From Flaccisagitta enflata (lineage: Eukaryota), in assembly GCA_965153355.1 (NCBI GenBank), contig OZ231126.1, positions 6,014,001 through 6,078,000 on the forward strand: a stretch of DNA of 64,000 bases, given 5' to 3'. The notes under the pieces were generated by a model. That model searched no databases, was not told the DNA's origin, and saw nothing but the letters and a program-made list of their open reading frames with translations. Positions 1 to 22,589 of the stretch are shown one piece after another; the first letter of the stretch is position 1; every line of letters begins with the position of its first letter. Both the position numbers and the translations under genes were made by a program.

Positions 1-529
1 ACCTAACTGAAAAAAAGGAACCAGGGTGTCCATATCCCCAGCTGAGCCCCTTTATCCTAATTAGGGGGGTGGGAGAAAGGTGAATTTTTACTAAAATTGG
101 TTAAGGTTATAATTACTTCTTAGTGATTAAAGGGAAAAAGCCTTCATCTTCAAAGAAGATATATCATGGGATGATAGGTCACCATGAGGGGTAAAAGGTT
201 TTGTACATGTCCATAAAAATTAATAAAAATTGATAAAGTTAATATAATTTGATATAATAACAAACCATTCAGCTTCTGGTCATCAGTTGGTGTCCTGTAC
301 CCAAAAAAAGGGTTTCGCCCCATATATACATATATATTTAAAATACACATGTATATATTCACCAAGACCCAAGTACAGGTGGGGCACACCTTGAAGGTGT
401 CCTTCACTGCATGGTTTGTAGAATATAGAAATCATCAGGAACACGCCATGACATCAAAAGGAATATCATGAGTTTTCCCAATTATTTTCAAAATTCTTTA
501 TTATAGGAAAAAATCTTTTTAAAAAAATA

Positions 530-1270
530 TATTAGGAATAATAATTAAAACTATAGTAAAACCTAGAAGGTGTTTGGCTATGGTCTACGACAAGTGGGTC
601 AAAAGATTCTCATAGCCTCCCACCAATACTGTTCTCTGAAAAATATTAAAAAACATTAGAGAAATGTTGGAAAATAATAAAAGAATTTAATGAGGGGCAT
701 TATATACAACGCCTTCCTCCCCTGATATTTAAAGATGGTGTTTGGCTATGGTCTGCGACAAGTAGGTCAAAAAGATTCTCATAGCCTCCCACCCAAAAAA
801 TTATTTAATCAAAAATATTTTAAATCGCCTAAATCGCCTAAATCGCCTAAATCGCCTAAATCGCCTAAGTCCCAGTAAGATATTACTACATAAATAAATT
901 AGCTAATATCTCATGAACCAGACTTCAGATTTAATTCGAATTTTGCAGGGGCTGCTTATTCAGTGACCCTTACTTGTATACCAAATTAAAAATAAATTCA
1001 CATAAGTTTACTACCCTCTGCCTATGTAGATCGCCTAAGTCCAGTAAAATATTACCATAAAAATAATAGGCAAAGGGTAGTAAAAGTTAGTGAATTTTTC
1101 TGAAAATTGGTACACAAGCTCCTATTGACCTATAAACAACACCAGCAAAGTTTCATAAACTTCTGAAGTCTGGTTCCAAAAATATCAAGGGTTTTAAACA
1201 AACAGACAGACAGACTACACATCACTGCTACTTCATAGTCATCGACGAAACTGTTCGTCGGGGACAAAAA
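530..1270 (+). mobile_element. HINE/Helentron-like element with internal tandem units and 3' hairpin
   Basis: (AATCGCCTA)n, ~155-bp internal units, (CAGA)n, terminal stem-loop CGACGAAACTGTTCGTCG then GGGACAAAA; same family at 21020-21770. Left boundary uncertain. Confidence 0.55.
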
Positions 1271-1362
1271 AAAGACGTTCATCATCTTTGACATTCTCAT
1301 TATCAACCCATCATCAACATGCAACATGTCACGGCCTTCGTACATATACGCAAATGACTCAC

Positions 1363-4300
1363 CTACACGTCGTGTTGGTCTTTCTAAAGGCGACTTTGAC
1401 GGCTCTCCAAGTGGTTGATCGATGAGCGCGTTTTTGCTCGCGCATTTCGATGGCGCGGCCACAAACCGGATCCCCGAAATGAGGACTCTTCATCTCACTC
1501 CAAGACTCAGAGTGAAACATCATATCGCCTGTGTGGATATTAAAGCAAAAGATAGTATATGCAAATAACCTTAAACCAGATCCCCGAAATGTGGACTCTT
1601 CATCTCGCTCCAGCAGTCAGAGTGAAACATCATATCGCCTGCAGTTATGAAACAGCTATGTAGGTACGTTAGACATAACAGTACAATCAATCTATCATAA
1701 ATGCATAAGTCACATTAATGGACGTGAAATAAAATTGAGGACATTTTATTGTTCATTGTTAGTGAAAGATATAATACAATACACTTTTTTTTTTTATAAG
1801 AGACAAGATTTTTAAACTCAGCCTGGATAATCTTAAATTTTTTACTGTTATGAGGCTCAAATTCTCTTAAATTGTTCTTATTTTTTTCGACGCGTGAAAT
1901 ATCGAAAATTATGTATAAGTATACTATTTATATGGAAAACAATGTATTAATACACTATTTCGTAGTGTTCTATGTATCTTCAATTGAAAACTTGTTAGTT
2001 ACTATAAAACTTGAAATATCCTGTTCAATGTGACAAACAAAACCAAAAAAGAAAGTCTTTTTCTGAAAAATTTACAAATTTTTGAATAAAGTTTTAGGAT
2101 TGTCATAAGTTTTATCAAGAGACTCAAAAAAAAATTTTCTAAAAAATTTTCAAAAGTGAATCTCAGCCTGGGCATTCTCTTATTTTGTTCTTAAAATTTC
2201 GGCAAATCTCAGCCTCATGTCTCTTATAAACTGGTCTCTTATAAAATAAAGAAAGTGTACAATCAAACAATTACAAAAGGGCGATTTAACTGGACTGGAC
2301 TAGACACAACCTCACGAGTCGTTGATTTGTTTAACATTAGTCTGACATTGAACTCCGCTTCGCACCTCTTCCTTGGTAATCGATGAAGCCGATAAACTTC
2401 TCGGGAAACCAGGCGTTGATCTTGCCGCTAAATTCGATGCACCGAACGGGAGAAATGGAAGAAACACCATCCGCGCCGAAAGACTGCAGGAGGAACGGTG
2501 AGAAGGAGACTGAAGTTGGTGAAGTAGGAAAATTGGCGCGGCAAGGATAGTAAAACAATCAGACAGCATATCTACATCAGTAAAATCATGAGCATTGAGC
2601 ATAAAGCAACAAGGCCGTATTTACACCCCTTGTCGCGGACGGGTGGGCAGGAGAGGAAATCAGAAATGTGACGGACCGCCCGACTGAAAACTTATAAGAG
2701 TGATGAATTTTGCAGGCAGCATTCAGTCTCAACATCGAATTACCCCATCCTTGTTGACGAGGGTCTCGAGCTGATAATGGACCCAGTCTCCTTCTCTGAG
2801 GGTGAAATCAGTGTTGACCACTTCCTTGGCGAAGGGCAGACCAGGACCTGAGAACGGGAAAAAGGGATATAGAATTTCTAGTTGATAGGGACATAGGGTA
2901 GGGTAAGGTCAATGAGTCACCTGGGGTAAAGAGCGTCACCCCCTTTATTCTCACAAAACGGGAAAACCACTGGTATTTTTGATGCTTATATGTACAGTCT
3001 GTGAGTCTTTTTTCGTTAAACACAGATATTAACCGAGGGCATGATAAAGTGAGTGACCAATTTGACCCTGGATGACCCATTTCATCCCATCAACTCCAAG
3101 AGCACAAGGAATCATACCAATGGGACTCGTCAACGTAAAAACATGACTACTACACAGCATTATTAAGCGAATATTATCAGCCAACATATCCATACCGACG
3201 CTGCCGGTTCCATCCGGGTTCACGTGATGAATCCGGCCAACTTTCCGCCGAGATCGAGGAGTCTGATCTTCCGCCTCCTCCTCCACTTTATCCCCCTCCT
3301 CTTCTTTGCTCCTTCCGAATTCCTCCCCGTATGGACCCATATTCGTTTCCGATGAATTTCCAACCACGGCGTCATTCTCGTCAGCTTCGCTATCATCATC
3401 ATCTTCTTCGTCGTCGTCGTCATCATCGTCAACCCAAGGAGCGTCTTTGGCAGCAGGATTGGAATGAAAAGTCAGGACTCGCCATCCAGATAAAGCCGAA
3501 GATCGCACCGCTAATCCACTCACCTGAACCAAGCCAATACATCAGTACAGAACACATGTAACGACATGTCCATCACCCATTGCACTCCTTTTACTGCTTT
3601 TAACAGTAAATTCATGATTCATGCATGACTTAAAATCCGATGGCTACTGCAGAGTGAAGAGTAGTCAGAGACTTAAATGGCCTTCTTTGTAAACTCCACC
3701 TCCCCATAATGATTTTTAGATACTAAGATTAAGACATCCTTTGCAAAAATTCCCTGCTCCTACCAAGCCATTCATCGATACAACCTTAGACCCAGTCCTG
3801 AATTGTTAGGCCCTCCGCCCACTAAGAAGCATTGAATCCAATTACCAGGAAGGAGAGCAGGTGCCGCCCGCTTAATTAGGCTGTGAACAAAACCGACCAT
3901 GGGCCCCCAATCCTGAATTGCTAGGCCCTCCGCCCACCACAAAGAATTACCCCGCTTAGCCAGGCCCATCAATGAAACCGACCTTGGAGCCAATTCTGAA
4001 TTGTTTCGCTTTGTCGAATGCGTTTCGATCAAAGGTGATCTCGCCGTCGACTAATCCATGATCATCGTGCAGATTCGTTACGCGTCCTGAGAAACAAAGA
4101 GTCAGGAGAAAGGATACATCATAAATGAGCGAAATCATCGATTAGCCGATACTAGCTTGTTTGATATATACCGTTCATTGTCGGATCATAAACCATTGAA
4201 CCAAAGAAATACAATAGACGAGAGATCTGATAGAGATCTGTTCTTCCAAAGAAATCAGTGCGGATCTTTACTACCAATCAAACAATGACCGACGCCGCAC

Positions 4301-4752
4301 AAACATCGCCCGAAATGATATAAGAATCAAATTCATCATCCTCACCCTTTCTCATGTTGGTGTGATGTGTTCAAAACTGCTAGTCCTTTCCTCTTATTAA
4401 TACATAAAATGTGGGGTGAAGGGATTTCCTTGTAGTAAATCCATAACGTCCTTTTGTAATCTGCCCGTCTCTTTTGCTTGCATGTACAATATGTAAATGT
4501 CTTTCAATTCAATTTCTCACGTTGGTTTACAATCACGTTAATTCTAGACTCGCCTCTGAACTGTTTCTGTTCCTTTTTCTCCAAATGATGATATCGCAGC
4601 GCCGGCGCGCTTCCTGATTCGACGTCATCGCTCGTAGAAACGCCGCTTCTGGACTCGGCGTCGTCGCCATCGTCGTCGTCGTCGGCGTCGTTTTCATCGT
4701 CGTCGTCGTCGCCGACCAGATAATCAGCGATTCGATCCAACAGTTTAAACAT
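1363..4752 (-). CDS. MOV10L1: MOV10L1/Armitage-like RNA helicase, 5' part (N-terminal OB-fold repeats); gene continues beyond the window start
   Basis: Phase-compatible exons 4752-4554, 4086-3983, 3523-3196, 2847-2744, 2483-2366, 1528-1363. Translation includes KQFRGRVTNLHDDHGLVDGEITF..IGSKVSGLAVRS..GWRV, FTLREGDWVHYQL, ISPVRCIEFSGKI..GFIDY, DMMF..PHFGDPVCGRAIE..WRAVKV, matching the MOV10L1/Armi N-terminus (GVVT..YGMIDD.IYF, P.KGD, SVKPIRC, WRAISI). Helicase core not in the window. Confidence 0.8.
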
Positions 4753-5231
4753 TTCGGGGGTTGTGTAGAGATGGAAGGCAAGAGACTCCGACGGGGAAGC
4801 GGGCAGGAGAGAGATGTGGACGATGTAGGACGGCCGGAATGACGATCCACTAAGAGCCTATACGCTAATAATGTTCGTGATCACAGTCATGGCTTCTCTT
4901 TGATATAAATGAACGCTGGCTGGACAAATGATAGATAGAGCAGGTTCATCAAATTAAACAAGAAGAGAGAGTGGGAGACTGGTTTTCCTACAACAATCAA
5001 ATATTACAGATCGACATATCATTATTATCATTAAAATATTCATAAAAATGATTTAATTTGGCTATCAGACAGCTGGAGAGAAGTTTTCACAGATGCTTAC
5101 AGATACGGCAATTACGCCGTAACGTTTCAATCGAACTTTCGTATGTATGTATGTCTATTCAAATGAGTTTCATGCAGTGCAGTAAGGTAGTCGTGGCCGC
5201 CACACAAGTAAAGCGGGGAATCTCTTTTTCT

Positions 5232-7509
5232 TCAATCGAATTCTTGTCTGTATTTGAGTAAAAGTAACGTGTCTTGCAATTTGGTCTCCACGTCAGACAC
5301 GTATGACTCCATCGTCTGTCCTTCCAAAATCTTGGGCAAGTAAAACCGCATGTTATGGCTCTTAAGGTACGCGGCAACCTGATAAATGAGAAAAGATCAA
5401 TACAGTTGTATACAGTTACATACAGTTATGTACAATGAAAAAAACCGTTGTATACGGTCTCAGTGCGTTGAATAAAATAACAAGACATATTCAAGACACC
5501 AACACAGATTTAAGTACGATTTGGATAGGACAAATTCTTCTCTTCGAAAAAAATGGTGACATTGTGACATTGTGACATTGTTGAGGAATAGAAATGGCGA
5601 TGATGATGCTGAAAAAGACGCACGCACGCCGAAGATAGTGATGGGTATGACGACAAAAATGGTGCAGATGGAGACGAAGACAGAAATGATATAGATGTCG
5701 ATGATGAGAACGGTTAAAACTTACCTCCGAGTGTTGCTGGATCTTGGCCTTGGATTGTGCGAAATCGCCGCCCAATTTTGTGACGCCAAAAAGCAAAGAT
5801 TTCACTTCGGTCCCGGCGCTGTGCGGACATGAACCCACACACGACTGAGTAAATTACACGCTACTCGTAAATACATCGGTCCGTTTGTCTGTCCGCTTGT
5901 AAAGAGATATTTACGACAATATCGCGCCTGCCCAATTGCCAGCCGTAGGCAGATGAGATGTCAATCTGGTATTTTCTATGAATCCCATGTAAGCAGAACT
6001 GGTGATCAACATTGACTGACCAAATAACTACTACCAATTATCACAAACCAATTCACCACTACCAGCTATCACAAACCAATCGATCCTGAAGCCACCAATT
6101 CTACCGAAACAGAAACTGACCTCTCGGACGTATTTTCTTCATCATCCTCTCCGTCATCCTCTCCGTCATCCTCTCCATCATCTTGCGGTAAAAGAGTCGG
6201 GAACTGGACTGTCCAAGCCACGTGAGCGTGCTCTTGCGAGAAAATGACTTGGAAATTGTCAGGAATAATTTCTCTTTGCGTCTTCATGGCGGCGAAGATG
6301 GGATCTTCTGCCACGCCATCGCCGTCAGCGGCGTCGAAACCGCTTCCGCCGGCGCCGCCAATCATCAAGTTGGTGGATAAATAACGGCGCAGTTTGTCCA
6401 ATTGGTAGATCGAAGCCCAACGACGGATGTCCAGCAAGAGGTCCACAGTTGCTGGATGCGGAGCAAGGACAGGGAGAGAAAGAGAAAGCGTTATCGAAAT
6501 CCAAAGGACAAAGTGAAGATCTCCTCACTGTGATTGAACACTTGTCTTTTTTACGAATCCATGACGGCAAACTTACCCCAAGCCTAACATAACCTCTGGC
6601 CCTCTGACCCTACCCCTAACCCTAAACCAAACCCTACCCCAAACCCAACCCTAACCCTTACGTAAACCCCAGCCAAACCCCATCCGCGCAAAAGTATTGT
6701 TCAGCCGAAAAACAAAAGACCAATTTCCTTTTCTCCCCCAAGACCGATAAGACGATTGTCGGTTGTACTTATAGCAAGAAGGGAAGAAGGTCAGGGGCCT
6801 TAGGTTGAGAATAAGCCTCCTGTGACTTCAAAGTGCAATTTCAAATCTTACTCTGGGGTTCTTGAACGTTGTAGGCGAATAGCGCGTGTTCGTAACGCGG
6901 CCAGAAGTTCTTCCAGTCATCGTGAAGGATGTACAATTCGGGAAACAAACGAAGCTTCGGCCCGTAGATCAGGATGATGGGAAGGTGGGTGTCCGCGAAC
7001 GGCAATTGGATCTATAAATGATAGGAGTCAAAATTAGTTAGAACTCGACGTTCTATTCTTTGGCCGAATAAAACAGGTTTGCTCCTACGATTCAGCATCT
7101 TGTACAATAAACACCACTCCCGAGAACAGAAGCGGGGAAGCTCCGTTAATAATCGAGAAAGTTAATTGTCGAGAAATTTCCAATTAGAAGCAAGACTTTT
7201 AAAATGTTAGTGTTTCTGTTACATTCCTGTGTCTAATTTCTTTTTCTTTCCATCAGTGCTGGCGAGGGAAAAATAACAAATTGAAGTCAATAGAACACTA
7301 AACGTTGTGTTAAAGTTATCGATAGCCTAGTTCACTGTTAATACCAAATACTGCTGTACCTTGAATGCCTCGTCAATCCTGTGGCGATCGCAATCCTCAA
7401 TCTCCACCGGACCATCGTACATTAAATCCGGATGATACCGAACCGCGTCTAAATGTCTCTGAATAATCTCCGTTCGTTCTTTGATGTCCGCCGGAAACAT
7501 GAATGCCAT
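5232..7509 (-). CDS. BABAM2: BABAM2/BRE (BRCC45)-like protein, divergent and apparently lacking the C-terminal UEV domain
   Basis: GT-AG exons 7509-7360, 7011-6852, 6451-6121, 5818-5725, 5378-5232 join in frame. DEAFKIQLPFADTHLPIILIYG..FPELYI..FWP..YNVQEPQ..LLLDIRRWASIYQLDKLR and FYLPKILEGQTMESYVSDVETKL resemble human BRE [50 protein letters not shown] and [23 protein letters not shown]. Confidence 0.65.
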
Positions 7510-7659
7510 GATTTGTCTTTTCTTGTGTGTGGATTGGATTCAGGAATTGATTAACAACACTGTCCAATGTCAAACTGTGACTGAAAATGAAGCAGATCGC
7601 GCGTCGTGTGAACAAATAACGAATTCACGGAGCGACGGGATTTTAAAACGATCGCTAGA

Positions 7660-8093
7660 ATTATATAAAGAAAGAAAAAGAGAAACAGAGAATAAGAGGG
7701 AAAGAGAGAGAAGGAATGTGCTAAAGAGAGAAAGAGGGAAAGGTAGTAAGGAAGACAGAAAGAAAGGAGGGAAGAAAGAAAGGAGGAAAGAAAGGAGGAA
7801 AGAAAGAAAAGAACGGAGCGACAGATAAGAAGATTTCTTTCAGAAAGAAAGAAAGAAAGAAAGAAAGGAAAGAGAAGAAAGAAAGATAGGAAAGAGAGGA
7901 AGGAAAGATAGGAAAGAGAGAAAGAAAGAAAGGAAAGATAGGAAAGAGAGAAAGAAAGAAAGGAAAGTGAAGAAAGAAAGAAAGAAAGAAAGAAAGGAAA
8001 GTGAGGAAAGAAAGAAAGAAAGAAAGGAAAGTGAAGAAAGAAAGAAAGAAAGAAAGGAAAGTGAAGAAAGAAAGAAAGAAAGAAAGAGAAGAA

Positions 8094-8167
<74 letters not shown>

Positions 8168-8170
8168 AAT
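7660..8170. repeat. (AAAG)n-rich purine microsatellite complex
   Basis: Long runs of AAAG/AAGG/GAGA with higher-order ~27-bp units. Confidence 0.95.
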
Positions 8171-8204
8171 CTACTGAGCACAACTCATCAACAACTGAAA
8201 GAGA

Positions 8205-8522
8205 TCAATCCTCGTCAATGAGACAGAATCGCGCCAGAAAATCTTCATCTTCATCATTCTCCTGCTTCGATGTCGCAAGAGTCAACGGAAGTCGTTGTGA
8301 CGCTGGAGGTGTCCAAGGCCCGACGAGATATTCGTCCTCGGCAAATGTGGAGACGGAAGAACCTTTAACGAGAACGTAGAGGAAATATTCCATGATGCCA
8401 GCAGACGACGATGTCGACGAAGACGAAGCGGGAGAACGATCGAGAAAGGCGAAGAACGGAGGCGAAGAAGTTATCGGAAGCTGCAGCTGCTGCTTATTTC
8501 CGTGCTTGTCTGACTGACATAG

Positions 8523-8559
<37 letters not shown>

Positions 8560-9839
8560 GGTTGTTGTTGTTGTGGTTGTGGTGGTTGTTGTTGTTGTTG
8601 TTGTTGTTGTTCCTGATGCTGTTGTTCATCTTCTTTTTCCCGACGCTTACGCCCTCCATGAAGCAGCGGCAAACGGAAATGCGGTTGATCGAAAGAGATA
8701 GATATGAAGACGCCATCTGGTTTAAGTACGGCGTGCGTCTGCTCGACGGCGTCGGCGTAAAGACGCGTCAACTCCGACGGTGGATTCCAAGGGTCGTGTT
8801 TGACGCCGGCCGCCAACACGTCCAACACGCCCTTTTCGATGACGACGTCGAATGTCCCGCGAGCGTAACGCGTGAAATTGAGGGAAAGGTCGGGTTGGGT
8901 GGAAATACGTCTTTCAGTTGCAACGTTAACGAGGTCATCTTTGTCAGCGCCGCTGATACGATCCCTAGCGTCCTCGCCATAATCATCGTCGCTGTCATTG
9001 AAACTCCCATTAGCACCGTCACGTGGATGAAGAACACTGCGGTTACCGCAATCATCATCATCACAATCATCATCGCCCGCGGAAACGAGGGAGAACATGT
9101 CGGCGCAGTCGTATTTAAGACATTCAGCGACTTCCGGTGGCACCAGATCGCTATTTGCAGTCCGTCTCTTCATCGTGGCGACGGCGGCGGGCGAGTAGTC
9201 CATACAAGTCACTCGAGGACGAAGACCGGAACTCGATCCCGATCTCGACTTGAGCAAAAGATCGGCTGCCAACTCCTCAGCCAACAAAGAAGTCCCACCT
9301 CCCAAAATCAACACAGACAAGTCGGAGGAATTCGCTGAATCGCGTTTGTTGTCATTGTCCATGTTAGTGTTGTCGTTGTCCATATTAGTGTTGTCGTTGG
9401 CCATATTAGTGTTGTCATTATTCACGTTAGTGTTGTCATTGTCCTTGTTACTGTTGTCATTATCCACGTTAGCGTTGTCATCATCCTCATTAGTGCTGAC
9501 ATTGTCCATGTTAGTGTTGTTATAGTCTACGTTAGTGTTGTCATTGTCCATGGTAGTGTCATTGAGAATACTAGCGTTGTCATTTACAATATTGGCGTTG
9601 TCTTTGGCACTTTTAGCGTAGTCAACAGCATCGAAGTTGTTCTTCTCAACCCCCTCAAAAGTGTTGTCCTCAGCTCCGTAATTTTCCCTACGATTGGCGA
9701 CGAGTCTGTCGAGGATGCGCATGATGCGGTCGCGCCAGACTGAGTAAGGTCCGAGCCATTCAAAACCGGCCTCTCCCCGGGTGAACCGGTCCTCCCAGTA
9801 ATCCCGCCGGCCGTAATCCACGTTCGTCTCAGCCGGCAT
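8205..9839 (-). CDS. EEF1AKMT4: EEF1A lysine methyltransferase 4-like (ECE2 methyltransferase-like), single exon, 544 aa
   Basis: Y..RDYWEDRF..FEWLGPY, SAM motif I VLILGGGTS, VTCMDYS, FDVVIEKGVLDVL..DPWNP, VLKPDGVFISISFDQPHFR; large Asn/Asp and poly-Gln insertions. Confidence 0.88.
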
Positions 9840-10116
9840 TTTTAGTTTAATAGCCTATTCAATCAATTTTTTCCAGCTTCCACAAGTACAGAGAATCAAT
9901 CAATCTATCAATCTCAATCCCCTCGGGAGAGTTTGTAGCAACTAAAGGACAAATTCATTTGCCCTGTCTAAATTCCGCCCTGTGCGCCAGAATGTCAAAA
10001 TTAAACAAGGATTCATTTCCAACTCAAAAAAGGCTTTAACAGTCCATGAAACAATTTTTGGGTAAAGGTAGAAATGAGGTAAACAGAACGAGTTAACGAA
10101 ATACGTACAATCAAAT

Positions 10117-10256
10117 AACAAGGCCGGATACACGGCCACCAGTTGCGGACGGGTGGGCAGGGGCGGAAATGCGCGTTTTCACACTTTTCGACTCGATCAT
10201 TACGGACTGACCAACGGACGGACAAAGCCTCTTATACAGTTGCGTATCCGCAACTA
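10117..10256 (-). mobile_element. Short DINE-1/HINE-like interspersed element (TAGTTGCG...GGCCTTGTT family)
   Basis: Absent from the paralogous position near 22250 (caaataaaaacata), inserted in an A/T run with no evident TSD; (GTCG/GTCC) microsatellite; many related copies in the window. Confidence 0.7.
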
Positions 10257-10606
10257 AAAACATGTATTGCATATCAAAGCGTAACAAATAAATCAACATG
10301 TAACAAAGAGGGGTTGATTGTATCACAGAAAATACTAGAGCGTCAACTGATAACGACCGTCCCGTTTTTTATGTGTCCTCGCATATCTATAAGAGATCAT
10401 GTCAGTCGGCAGTTGGTTGGTTGGTTGGTTGGTTGAGCCATCACGCAAACATTTAAATTGCAAAATCCAAGGCTTTCATTCAAAATACAGCATCATGGTA
10501 CTCTCTCACTGATTTTTTCATACAATCATTCATTAATTCATTCTTTCATTCATTCATAAACAATCTATATTCAAACAGGACTCATTGTTGGCCTAATTGG
10601 ACTTGT

Positions 10607-22092
<11,486 letters not shown>

Positions 22093-22589
22093 TTGCCCTG
22101 TCTGAATACTGCCCTGTGCGCCAGAATGTCAAAATTAAACTAGATTCGTTATTTCATTTCCAACTCAAAAAGGCATTAACAGTCCATGCAACAATTCTTT
22201 TGGTAAAGGTAGAAATGAGGTGAACAGAACGAGTTAACGAAATACGTAATCAAATAAAAACATAACGAAGTGTAACAAACAAATCAACGTGTAACAAAGA
22301 GGGGTCGATTGTATCATAGAAAATACTAAAGCGTCAACAGATAACGACCGTCCCTTTTTAGATGCGTCCTGTCAGTCATGTCAGTCCGCAGTTGGTTGGT
22401 TCGTTGATCCATCATGCAAACATTTAAATGGCAAGGCTATGGCAAGGCTTTCATCCAAAATGCAGCATCAGCGTACTCTCTGATTCTTTCATCTAATCCT
22501 TCATTCATTCATCTATTCAGTCATTTTTTCATTCACTCATAAACAACGTACAATTTATGAGGAATGATCGTTGGCCTACGTGGCCTTGT

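Noticed and set aside
6575-6680. CCCTAA/CCTAA telomere-like runs, also 56555-56620
   Set aside because: Short and degenerate; typical of MITE interiors, not a telomeric array.
7551-8221. FLSF/KKER ORFs, also at 48723-49211, 51268-51718, 52155-52474
   Set aside because: Microsatellite translations.
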